Notes under the pieces: generated by a model
Seen by the model: only the letters and a program-made list of their open reading frames with translations
Databases searched by the model: none
Told to the model about the DNA's origin: nothing
IMG/VR virus record: IMGVR_UViG_3300020198_000011
DNA length: 64,000 nucleotides
From: an uncultured virus (IMG/VR IMGVR_UViG_3300020198_000011)
Taxonomy: Duplodnaviria > Heunggongvirae > Uroviricota > Caudoviricetes
Direction: 5' to 3' (one strand)
Part shown: piece after piece, positions 56,131 through 64,000 of the stretch
Layout: each line of letters opens with the position of its first letter
Numbering within the stretch: the first letter of the stretch is position 1
Position numbers and translations under genes: made by a program

Positions 56131-58254
56131 ATGCGCCTGCCGATGGACCCCAGCCAATGGTCAACGCTGATCATGCGCATGCTCATCGGCCGGTTCCCGA
56201 CGCTCGAACCACACATCCAGCTCGTCAAGACGCTGGACCAGGACGAAGAGGGCAACGCCCACGGCATCGTGCCACTCGGAACGGGCGGGGCGCATATCCC
56301 CTTCGTGATACGTGACTTCGAAATCAAGCCGATGGACACCCTCATCGTCATCGAGAACGGCGAGGAGCGGTTTCGCAACCTCTCCGAGGCCAATGCCCTA
56401 CTGGCCGTCGGGGGCATCGCTCTGGGAGATCCAGTCAAGAAGCTGCCGCCAGGCATCGTTTCCGATCAGGAGTTGCACATGCTCGCACCGCGGTGGTCGA
56501 CCTTCGGCCGACGCATCCCGCCCATGAACGTCCTGGGCACGACCCAGCCCATCAAGCTCGCAGCCGACCGCAAGCTGTCGGTCATCGCCTTCGAGGAGCT
56601 ACTCAAGGCCGCCCGCGACATCGACCCAGGGCTGCCGGCCTACATCGCCGCGCAATACCGCGACATCCTGATGGGCCTGTCGCCCCGCAAGGAGGCTGGC
56701 CATGTGACGGTGCTCGATCCGCGCCCGGACGGCACCGCCGACCTGATCGAGGATGGCGCCAAACGGGCCAGCGTGCCCATCGGAGAGCTGGCCGCCGAGC
56801 TGCGGGGCCGACTGCCCAATGCCCAGGACCTGATCGCCAAGCTGGCCATGCGCGACGAGCTGGTGGTCCACGACGGTCGCACCGAAAAGACCGGGGCCTT
56901 CGGGTACGTCGTCAGGAACCATGACCCGGAAGTGGCCATCCGGGAGCCGGGCTGGCATCGCACCGGCGGCCGACTCGTTCGAACGCTGCGCACGCGCCAC
57001 CTGTCAGGCGAGCCGGCCACCTACTGGCTGCAACTCGCCGAGGGCGCCCATGACTTCTCGCGCTACGCCTGCGGCGCCAAGGCACCTGCGGCCGACTCCG
57101 AGCGCCTGGGCGCGTTCTACGTACCCGCCGAGCTCAAGGGTGGCGAACTGGCCTTCCTGCTATGGCACAAGAGCGGCGAGGCCTCGGTGCCCTTCAAGGT
57201 CAAGGAGCGTCACGACTTCCCGGATGGCACCTGCAAACTCATCGTTCGGCCGCTCTTGGGTCCCAACGCCACCGAGACCCTGGTCTTCGGAAACAACCAG
57301 CACGCCTACCGCCTGGGCCCCGGCGAAATCGCACTGCCGCGGAGCGGTGTCGGTGCCTTCAAACTGCCGCCCAGAAAGATCGGCGACCTGGCCACCGCGC
57401 CGAACGATCGTGTGCGCGTGCGGATCTTCAAGGGCGGAGGCACGTTCTCGGTGGTCGAGGACAAGCGACCGGCCACCGAAGGCCTGACCAGAGGCATGCT
57501 CGTCGCCATGCTCATGCACCGCTACGGTCTCGATCCGGACACCGCCATCCGCTACAGCAGGATGGCCACCACCTTTCACGCCCCAGAACTCCACGTGGTG
57601 CCCCATGAAACCCCCCAGGATCCCGACCAGCCTGACGACCAGAAGCAGGCCGCCAAGCTGGCCGTGTTGCTCTGGGATCTGACCAAGAAGGCCGACGGCT
57701 CGGCCACATTTCGCGAACTGGTCAAGCGCGCCCTGGCCGAAGCCAAGAAAACCCCCACCAAGCTCGACCCGACCATTCCGGAAGCCGTTCTCTCGCTCTT
57801 GCAACTCAAGAAGGCCTACGCCGAAGACGACCGGCGCCACCCCTCGTCGGGCACCGCGCCCGTCGACCTGGATCCGGGGCGCAGCGGGCCCAACCGCAAG
57901 GAGAACGGTCCGGCGGGACCCTCGGGACCGGGGCCGGTCGCCATGGGGCCGATGGATCAGGGCGCGGCCATCCTGCCCGACATCCCGTTCATGCGCGAGG
58001 TCTCGGACACCCTGACGGGATTCGCCACCGGCTCCTTCACGCCCGCCGAGCTCTCGGAGATCTACCAGGGCCTGACCCACAAGCTCCTGGACATCCAGGA
58101 CCTGACCGGCCGCATCCTGACCCTCGCGCGACTGGGTAAGATAGACTTCGTCACCGAATCCGAGGCCAAGCGCATCCTCGATGAGGCCGACCGGTTCCGC
58201 GGGACATTACTCAACGCCGACATGCTACTCAAGGGCATGGCCTCGATCTCCTAG
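56131..58254 (+). CDS. large putative head/morphogenesis protein (K-x-A motifs)
   Basis: 707 aa, AAGGA RBS, KLAA/KEAG/KQAAKLA motifs. Confidence 0.7.
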   Translation: MRLPMDPSQWSTLIMRMLIGRFPTLEPHIQLVKTLDQDEEGNAHGIVPLGTGGAHIPFVIRDFEIKPMDTLIVIENGEERFRNLSEANALLAVGGIALGDPVKKLPPGIVSDQELHMLAPRWSTFGRRIPPMNVLGTTQPIKLAADRKLSVIAFEELLKAARDIDPGLPAYIAAQYRDILMGLSPRKEAGHVTVLDPRPDGTADLIEDGAKRASVPIGELAAELRGRLPNAQDLIAKLAMRDELVVHDGRTEKTGAFGYVVRNHDPEVAIREPGWHRTGGRLVRTLRTRHLSGEPATYWLQLAEGAHDFSRYACGAKAPAADSERLGAFYVPAELKGGELAFLLWHKSGEASVPFKVKERHDFPDGTCKLIVRPLLGPNATETLVFGNNQHAYRLGPGEIALPRSGVGAFKLPPRKIGDLATAPNDRVRVRIFKGGGTFSVVEDKRPATEGLTRGMLVAMLMHRYGLDPDTAIRYSRMATTFHAPELHVVPHETPQDPDQPDDQKQAAKLAVLLWDLTKKADGSATFRELVKRALAEAKKTPTKLDPTIPEAVLSLLQLKKAYAEDDRRHPSSGTAPVDLDPGRSGPNRKENGPAGPSGPGPVAMGPMDQGAAILPDIPFMREVSDTLTGFATGSFTPAELSEIYQGLTHKLLDIQDLTGRILTLARLGKIDFVTESEAKRILDEADRFRGTLLNADMLLKGMASIS

Positions 58255-58265
58255 AGCGTCCGGAC

Positions 58266-58721
58266 ATGCTGATGCTGCCGCCGCGTGTCTGGCGAGATCC
58301 GGACATCCGGGAGCACACTGAAATGTTCGACCTGTTGAACCTGGCCGACCTGGCCAGATACAATAGCCTCCTGGCCGAGAACCGACGCACCATCCGCATC
58401 CTCTCGGAGAAGCCCTGGCCCAAGGCCGGCGAGGCCGCCACGGAATTCACCAGCGGCACCGACGACGCCTACTACCTGATCGTGCGCTACGAACGACGCC
58501 CCGACAGCCCCTACCTGCCACAGCTCGGCCCGGATGCCACGCAGACCTTCGACGCCGACTTCTCGGAGATACCAATAGTCCCACCGGAAGCGGAAATCGA
58601 GCCCCCGGAACCCGGAGACGTCACCATCGACATCAGTGCCGCCCAGCGGCGACCTAAAAAAAAGACGCCGCGCAAAACAACCAGCAAGCCGACCAGCCGC
58701 AAACGGGTCAAGCCGCAGTAG
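58266..58721 (+). CDS. hypothetical protein with basic tail
   Basis: 151 aa, KKKTPRKTTSKPTSRKR C-terminus. Confidence 0.65.
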   Translation: MLMLPPRVWRDPDIREHTEMFDLLNLADLARYNSLLAENRRTIRILSEKPWPKAGEAATEFTSGTDDAYYLIVRYERRPDSPYLPQLGPDATQTFDADFSEIPIVPPEAEIEPPEPGDVTIDISAAQRRPKKKTPRKTTSKPTSRKRVKPQ

Positions 58722-58727
58722 TTCGGC

Positions 58728-59516
58728 ATGATCCGCTTGCGCTCGCCGCGCTGGCGCTGGAATACCATCGCCACGCTCTGCGGCGGTGCGCCATTCCGGG
58801 ATGGCCTGACCATTCCTGCCAGGCCGGACAAACTGGCCGAGGATCTCAAGAGCCAGATCCTGGGACGCGGCAGGCCGGACCGCGGAATGTCGCGAGCATA
58901 CCAGATCTATCGCTCGGACAGCGCCCGCACCATTTGGGACTCCATGCTCTTCGCGCTGTGCAAGGCAGGCCAGGAACCAGACTGGGCGACCTGCGGGCAA
59001 GTCCTTCACGAGAGTCAGGATCTGGTGCGGCTATACAGCCAGTTGTTCTTCGACGTGACGGTCTTCGCCGCCGAAACCGACAAGCTGGTATTCCTGGACC
59101 AGTACGTCCGGCTCGATCATCGGGCGGCGCTGATCATGCGCAACACCATGGGCCTCGATCGCGACGGTCTGATGCATGCGGCCGACATGTCCCGGGCAGA
59201 GCGCATCGATCCCAAGACAGCGCTCGAAGAGGGCCTGACGACCTACTACAAGCTGGCTCGGATCTTCGGGCCGCTGGCCATCGCCTTCGAGGCCCGGATC
59301 GCCGAGGACCCGGCGAGTCGTGAAAGGTTCGAATGGATTTTCAAGCAGTACAACATGTCGACCAGCCGCATGAAAGAATTCGCCCACGAACTGCTGGCCT
59401 TCGAGCTCGACAAGAGCGCCGAGAACTTCCTGGAAGAGTTCGTGATGCGCCTTGAGAAAGTCGACAACGACCAGTTGATAGTCGACAAGAATGCCGACGG
59501 CCAGGAACTCGTCTAA
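58728..59516 (+). CDS. hypothetical protein
   Basis: 262 aa, LRSPRWRW...YSQLFFDVT. Confidence 0.7.
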   Translation: MIRLRSPRWRWNTIATLCGGAPFRDGLTIPARPDKLAEDLKSQILGRGRPDRGMSRAYQIYRSDSARTIWDSMLFALCKAGQEPDWATCGQVLHESQDLVRLYSQLFFDVTVFAAETDKLVFLDQYVRLDHRAALIMRNTMGLDRDGLMHAADMSRAERIDPKTALEEGLTTYYKLARIFGPLAIAFEARIAEDPASRERFEWIFKQYNMSTSRMKEFAHELLAFELDKSAENFLEEFVMRLEKVDNDQLIVDKNADGQELV

Positions 59517-59770
59517 TGGCTAGCATTGCGCTTGCGGTCGGGCTTCTCTTCGGGCATGGCGGGCATCGGATCGGGGATGGGTAGCACCACCCCGTCGACC
59601 CTGGGCCGGGTAGGCCGAAGCATGATCGTGCCGTCGTCTAGCAGCTCGACCAAAAAGGAATCACCCAGCTTGGCGCCGATCAACCGCACGTACTCGTTTG
59701 GCAGCGTCACGGCCGAACTGCGGCCATTCCGGACCAACGGTCGCTCTACGATAAGTACCGGTTTCGCCAT
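59513..59770 (-). CDS. AbrB/MazE/SpoVT-family DNA-binding protein
   Basis: VRNGRSSAVTLPNEYVRLIGAKLGDSFLVELLDDGTIMLRP. Confidence 0.85.
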   Translation of the reverse strand: MAKPVLIVERPLVRNGRSSAVTLPNEYVRLIGAKLGDSFLVELLDDGTIMLRPTRPRVDGVVLPIPDPMPAMPEEKPDRKRNASH

Positions 59771-59910
59771 GACTGCCAACTGCCATCCCATAAACAAGCT
59801 CGTATTTGTCCTAACGGCCAAAGTCTGACACAAGCTTGCGTTGGTTGCAAGGCGTTTCATCCGGTTCCATCCGAAGAAGAAGGGAAAAAAGTGTGAAGAA
59901 TATCCAAAGG

Positions 59911-59939
59911 TTGTCCGGTAGGACCACCGCGGGTATAAT
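59911..59939 (+). promoter_or_regulatory. sigma70-type promoter of HU gene, operator-like site in spacer
   Basis: TTGTCC-17-TATAAT; CGGTAGGACCA at 59916-59926; ATG 7 nt after -10 (leaderless). Confidence 0.75.
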
Positions 59940-59946
59940 CCAAGTT

Positions 59947-60258
59947 ATGCCGACCAAGCGCTTCCTGGGGGAGATGGTCAAAGAAGTCTCCATTCGTACT
60001 GGCATCAGCCGCCAAGACGTCAGGTACGTCATAGAAGCCTTTATCGAGGCCATCAGGGAGTCAATAGGCGCCGGAAAGATGGTCGCCATCAATCACTTCG
60101 GCGTCTTTTCTCGCCAGCACCGCCGCGAAGTCCACCGGAAACTCAAGGCGCAGACGGCCCTGACCCCCTACACCCCCGCCCGAGACTACCCGGTCTTCCG
60201 GGCCGCCAAGGCGTGGAGGCAGGAGGTCAGGAAACCGTTGCGACCCGACGGCCCCTAA
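59947..60258 (+). CDS. HU/IHF-family DNA-binding protein
   Basis: VKEVSIRTGISRQDV..VIEAFIEAI...V.INHFGVF...PVFRAAK. Confidence 0.9.
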   Translation: MPTKRFLGEMVKEVSIRTGISRQDVRYVIEAFIEAIRESIGAGKMVAINHFGVFSRQHRREVHRKLKAQTALTPYTPARDYPVFRAAKAWRQEVRKPLRPDGP

Positions 60259-60395
60259 CAGGGCGCCGCCCCCTCGGCGAGCAGCGCACTGCGCAGCGTC
60301 TCAGCGCTCGCCTCGTCGACGGCCCTTCCGACAATCTCGACACTCTCCGGATCGGGCGCATGGATCAGGGCGCAAAGCCGCACAATCTTCGGTCA

Positions 60396-60445
60396 TGACC
60401 CGGTTGCGCGGCAAGCCCCGGCATTCATGCCGGGGAAGGATAACC
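60396..60445 (+). mobile_element. possible orphan IS200/IS605-family end
   Basis: CAAG-CCCCGGCAT-TC-ATGCCGGGG-AAGGATA hairpin resembling IS200/IS605 subterminal palindromes; no tnpA/tnpB nearby. Confidence 0.4.
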
Positions 60446-60492
60446 TCTTTCTCGGGCACTGTACCCGCAACGCCCTGGGGGTTTTCCCCGGA

Positions 60493-60549
60493 GCGATGCG
60501 GACACGGGGCGAGGCCCCGTGCCGGGTAGGAGTGCTAGCGGGCGGCGAC
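60493..60549. repeat. 57-bp direct repeat with hairpin (copy 1)
   Basis: 52/57 identical to 60741-60797. Confidence 0.9.
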
Positions 60550-60720
60550 CTCGACGACCCGGACCCGGATGCCATCGCATCCGTTCAGGTGGTCGACCAT
60601 CGCCGGGTCCATCCGCAGGATCGCCCTGGCTTGGGCCGCGTGCCGGCCGTCCTGGGCGTGGACCTCTCGGCATCCCCCGCCTACCTGGGGGATCCGGATG
60701 ATCAGGGTGCTGCCGTCCAT
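60535..60720 (-). CDS. small hypothetical protein (cassette between repeats)
   Basis: MDGSTLIIRIP...VEVAAR*; GAGGGAG RBS. Confidence 0.6.
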   Translation of the reverse strand: MDGSTLIIRIPQVGGGCREVHAQDGRHAAQARAILRMDPAMVDHLNGCDGIRVRVVEVAAR

Positions 60721-60740
60721 TTTCTTCTCTCCCTCTTTAG

Positions 60741-60797
60741 GCGATGCGGGCACAGGGCGAGGCCCCGTGCCGGATAGTGGTGCTAGCGGGCGGCGAC
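60741..60797. repeat. 57-bp direct repeat with hairpin (copy 2)
   Basis: Includes last codons (VAAR) and stop of the upstream gene. Confidence 0.9.
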
Positions 60798-61364
60798 GTA
60801 GAGCCACGCCAGCGAGGGGTCGTCGTTGTCCGGCGCCCAGGAGACCTGGACGTCGGTGTCGGCCAAGGCAGCCTCGATCTCCCGCGCCGTCGTGACCAGA
60901 ACGGCCGACCGGCTGACGCGACCGTCGCGGGTGTCGGGGTCGGGGCCGAAGTCGATATCATAATCCCGGGCTACCCGGTCGATCGCCCGGTTCGTCTCGT
61001 TCACGACGGCGCAGTCGTCGCAGTACGACCGACCGCTTTCGCGGGGGTCGGCAACGATGCCGCCCTGGGCGGGGAAGTCGCCGGCCCAGCCCTCGACGCC
61101 ACACCGGGCGCAGCAGGCCGTCGTGGTTGAGAGAACTTCGCGGCCGTCGATCACGACGGTTACGCTGTCGTTACCGGCGGCCTCGACCTCGACCACGCTG
61201 AGGTCGGCGAGGAATACCTCCTCGCTCTGGCCCAGTATCCCCGCCGCCTCGGCGACCGATGCGTAGCCCGCGTCCCGGACGTAGGCCAAAACGGCCGCCG
61301 CCGCGGTTTCGGCCTCGTAAGGGCCCATTGAGATGCCGTTGACGGAAATCGTGTAAATGCTCAT
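60783..61364 (-). CDS. hypothetical protein
   Basis: MSIYTISVNGISMGPYEAET...LYVAAR*; ATGA overlap. Confidence 0.65.
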   Translation of the reverse strand: MSIYTISVNGISMGPYEAETAAAAVLAYVRDAGYASVAEAAGILGQSEEVFLADLSVVEVEAAGNDSVTVVIDGREVLSTTTACCARCGVEGWAGDFPAQGGIVADPRESGRSYCDDCAVVNETNRAIDRVARDYDIDFGPDPDTRDGRVSRSAVLVTTAREIEAALADTDVQVSWAPDNDDPSLAWLYVAAR

Positions 61365-61885
61365 CTTCTTTCCTTGGCGTAGATGTCCTTCCGGAAGTCT
61401 ATGTCGTGGAGCACCGGCAACTTTTCCCGATCCAGGTCGAACAGGATGCGCACCTTGCCGGCCCTGGCCTTCCAGCAAGGCTTCCCGATCCCGGACGCAT
61501 CGGCGGGCATCCAGTCGGCCATCCCGACCGGATCGCGCATGACCCGCATCATCACGTCGAGTACACGTCGCTTGTGGGTCTTGTCGATCAGGTACCTGTG
61601 CGCTCCTTTCAGTGAGGCCATGAGCCAGTACACGCACACCTCTGGCCTAACGGCCCTGAGATCGTCGTTTTCGGCGAAATCGGCAAAATGCTTGAGCAGA
61701 TCGTAGCGCAGGTCGCGATCGCGCTCGCGTTCGACCAGGTCGAGCAGTTGCTCGACGGCGGCCTTCCAGGCATAGGCCTCGCCGGCACGAATCAGGCGCT
61801 TGAAGGCGACGCCGCAGTCGAACTCGGCGCCAAGACAAAGTTGGTGATCGGGATCCTCCGACGCCTTTTCGATCAGAGCCGCCAG
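61361..61885 (-). CDS. protein with C-terminal RelE/ParE-like domain (CTG start)
   Basis: GGGGAGG-8nt-CTG; C-terminus WKARAGKVRILFDLD....VLHDIDFRKDIY. Confidence 0.6.
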   Translation of the reverse strand: MAALIEKASEDPDHQLCLGAEFDCGVAFKRLIRAGEAYAWKAAVEQLLDLVERERDRDLRYDLLKHFADFAENDDLRAVRPEVCVYWLMASLKGAHRYLIDKTHKRRVLDVMMRVMRDPVGMADWMPADASGIGKPCWKARAGKVRILFDLDREKLPVLHDIDFRKDIYAKERR

Positions 61886-61907
61886 GGGTAACGCCTCCCC
61901 GGGTGGC

Positions 61908-62477
61908 TCACCGCCCCAAAAGAGCGGCTTTCTCCTTTAGGTTGTCCGGTATCTTGATCGTCTTGAGATCGGGCGCCGCACGCCGCAGCTGATCTTCAAG
62001 GCTGGTGATGCGACTCTGGGCGGCCGTCAATTCCAATTGGGCCGCCTCCAGCAGGCTCTGGGTCTCCTGCCATGACGACATGGCATTGTCGAGGTCGGCC
62101 TCCAGCTGGATAGCCCGGCGCTGCTCGGCCAAGGCCTTCTCGATGGCGAAGTCGAGCAGATTGAGAACCTCGTCACCCTCGGGCCCGGCCGCATTCACCC
62201 GGGGTTCATTCGGCACCTCGGGAATCGACGGCAACGACGGGGCGGGCGCCCGGCGCGGCCGCGCCGGGCGCGGTGGGGTCGGCGCCACGTGAGCCGCCCC
62301 CACGACCTGCGGCTTGCGGGCATCCTTGACGCATTGCTTGCACCAGGCCTGATACCCAGTCGCGGTATGACGGCCCTTCGAGAAAAGCGAATCGGCCTCT
62401 TCCGTGCCATGGGCCACCCTGCCGCACCTGGCACACGTCGCGGTCGCTTGTCTAACGGTACTGGCCTTTGTTACCAT
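61908..62477 (-). CDS. zinc finger plus coiled-coil protein
   Basis: CARC...F.K...GYQAWCKQC; heptad-rich C-terminus. Confidence 0.7.
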   Translation of the reverse strand: MVTKASTVRQATATCARCGRVAHGTEEADSLFSKGRHTATGYQAWCKQCVKDARKPQVVGAAHVAPTPPRPARPRRAPAPSLPSIPEVPNEPRVNAAGPEGDEVLNLLDFAIEKALAEQRRAIQLEADLDNAMSSWQETQSLLEAAQLELTAAQSRITSLEDQLRRAAPDLKTIKIPDNLKEKAALLGR

Positions 62478-62483
62478 GGTCCT

Positions 62484-62691
62484 GTTTCAACCTCCCAGGC
62501 TGGAACGCCCCCTTTTACGATCGCTCGCCAGTCACCGGCCTTCGGGCCGACCGACCGACGAACGACACCGGAAAGGGAAAGCAAGGCACGGATCTCGCCT
62601 GCCAACGGGCAGGGCACCCGGGTCGATTCGTGACCTACCGGGGCCACGTTGGTCCCATCAGGCTCCTGGTTCCTCGGGGGCCTGTTTCTTT
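62484..62691 (+). ncRNA. candidate structured sRNA (~205 nt)
   Basis: TTGTCT-18-TACCAT promoter, C(UUCG)G and C(AACG)G hairpins, plus-strand terminator with no plus-strand gene upstream. Confidence 0.45.
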
Positions 62692-62746
62692 GTGTGTGTC
62701 CGGTACATCCGCTTGGCGTTCGTGCATAACCCGCGAATCGACAAAG

Positions 62747-63190
62747 CTAACTATCGCCGAGTTTGTCGTTGCTGTCAACCTCGAAACCAAGCTGGCAGGA
62801 CTTCCGATACCCCGATACGTGGTCGTACCGCCCGGTTTGGGTAATTTGCAGGTTTTCGCAACTGCGACACGGCGCCCGGCATCGCCAGGCCGCGAAAATG
62901 GTTTCAGGGACCGAAAAGGGGGCCTGCCGCATGTCTCGCGACCGATACCCGGAGCAACGTGCCATTGCTTCGGCCTCGCGGCAATTTCCACATGGCTCGA
63001 TCGCGGTGGGGGCCACGGGCTTGCCACAGCGCACACATGGCCGCAAGGAATCCTGCCAGAGCTTTTCGATCTCCCGACGGCAGCGCGCGCAGGATTTATC
63101 CAGCCCCTCGATGCGCTGGCGCTCGCAGCGCCGGCAAATCCCCTGGGCCTTCAAGCGCGCCAGCCGCTCGGTGCTGGTCTCGTAGGGCAT
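62747..63190 (-). CDS. Cys-rich hypothetical protein
   Basis: Multiple CxxC pairs. Confidence 0.6.
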   Translation of the reverse strand: MPYETSTERLARLKAQGICRRCERQRIEGLDKSCARCRREIEKLWQDSLRPCVRCGKPVAPTAIEPCGNCREAEAMARCSGYRSRDMRQAPFSVPETIFAAWRCRAPCRSCENLQITQTGRYDHVSGYRKSCQLGFEVDSNDKLGDS

Positions 63191-63438
63191 CAGGCCTCCT
63201 CGACGAATTCCAGAAGATCGATCCCCAGGTGTCCGCACAGCAGCAGACAATTTTGCAAACTGGGCATCTGGTCAGGCCGGGCGGGATTGAACCAGTGGGA
63301 AACCACCCCCCGGTGCTTCATATCGAGCAATTGCGCCAACTTCCCATGGCTAATCCCGCCAGGGGTCAGGCCACCTGGCCGGATGAGCTCACGAACGTGA
63401 TCGAGCAGGGCCTCGCGATCGATGCGATAGCGCGCCAT
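63190..63438 (-). CDS. XRE/Cro-like HTH protein
   Basis: ISHGKLAQLLD....VVSHWF....MPSLQN...LCGHLGI. Confidence 0.65.
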   Translation of the reverse strand: MARYRIDREALLDHVRELIRPGGLTPGGISHGKLAQLLDMKHRGVVSHWFNPARPDQMPSLQNCLLLCGHLGIDLLEFVEEA

Positions 63439-63446
63439 GATCCCCC

Positions 63447-64000
63447 TCAAGCGATCTGCAAGCCGAAACAGGCCTCACAGCGTGGCTCATACATACTCGA
63501 ACCGACCACCACGATACGTAAGCCCGGATCGACACACAGGTAACTGAAAGCCGCGTCGCGGCCGCAGCGCGCGCAGCGCGACATGCATGAGTCCGGACTG
63601 TCGGCCGCCTCTATCCAGTGACGCATCGCCAGGTAGGGCTGGCCGACATGATCGCGGTCCCGGCCAGCTACCAGCACCTGACAGTCCGGAAGGGCCTTGA
63701 GGCGCTTGGCAACCTCGACGGTCTCGGGCAACTCGAAGAACTGCGCGTCGTCGATGGCCACCAACTCGACACCGGGCACCGCGAACTCGACCAGGTGATA
63801 CAGGCTGCCCAGCGCCATGGCCGGAACCCGGCCATTGAGGCCAGGATCCGGGGATGATAGCGTGTGGGTAGTCCGGGTATCCATCACGCTCTTGACGACC
63901 ACCCGCCTGCTCGCAGGGCTACTACTGCGGGAGATGGTCTCGATGAGCTTTTGGGTCTTCCCCGAGGAAACCGGCCCGTAAAGGACACCAAGCTTGGCCA
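63447..64000 (-). CDS. tdk: thymidine kinase (start just beyond window end)
   Basis: YGPVSSGKT, DTR, IDDAQFF, CARCG, VVGSSMYEPRCEAC. Confidence 0.85.
   Translation of the reverse strand, partial: AKLGVLYGPVSSGKTQKLIETISRSSSPASRRVVVKSVMDTRTTHTLSSPDPGLNGRVPAMALGSLYHLVEFAVPGVELVAIDDAQFFELPETVEVAKRLKALPDCQVLVAGRDRDHVGQPYLAMRHWIEAADSPDSCMSRCARCGRDAAFSYLCVDPGLRIVVVGSSMYEPRCEACFGLQIA

Noticed and set aside
60493..60797. CRISPR or integron attC interpretation of the 57-bp repeats
   Set aside because: Only two copies, 191-bp coding spacer, no cas or integrase, no GTT/AAC core sites
1..64000. Stop-codon reassignment (as in some large phages)
   Set aside because: Long genes read uninterrupted in code 11, and TAA, TAG and TGA all terminate recognisable genes
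1..64000. tRNA, rRNA, reverse transcriptase/DGR, integrase
   Set aside because: No cloverleaf with T-loop and acceptor stem, and no RT or recombinase motifs spotted by eye; tRNAscan-SE/ARAGORN not run

Overview
High-GC (roughly two-thirds G+C by eye) segment of a large, probably jumbo-type, tailed phage genome. I see no integrase, rRNA, tRNA or CRISPR array. Virion genes are scattered over several islands. At 1-20 kb (minus) are a tail fibre, K-x-A-motif head/internal-type proteins, a sigma factor, a baseplate hub-like protein, an FN3 protein, a tube-initiator-like giant and a tape-measure-like gene. At 38-39.6 kb is a tail-chaperone-like gene with a -1 frameshift signal. At 53-59.5 kb are an M23 peptidase, a repeat fibre, a wedge-like protein and a 707-aa K-x-A protein. 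Between the islands lie many small accessory and regulatory genes (ssb, HU, LexA-like, LuxR x2, DnaA-C-like x2, AP2, XRE x2, AbrB, 7x winged-helix) and metabolic genes (gmk, dut, dCMP deaminase, thyX, tdk, acyl carrier protein, DNA methyltransferase). The most notable signals read directly from the DNA are six. (1) A ~370-nt promoter-bearing, GNRA-tetraloop-rich candidate ncRNA at 52034-52404 (minus), plus a second ~205-nt candidate at 62484-62691 (plus). (2) A palindromic operator TGGT-N3-ACCA overlapping at least seven sigma70-type promoters, including that of a peptidase-less LexA-like gene. (3) A 15-bp CTATAATC(C/T)CAGCAG motif ahead of four structural-looking transcription units. (4) Several genes whose only plausible start codon is CTG. 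(5) A shared N-terminal leader plus K-x-A motif in putative head proteins. (6) A canonical -1 frameshift cassette. Several single-base frameshifts at short homopolymers suggest assembly errors or gene decay. All family calls come from motif recognition by eye; no searches were run.
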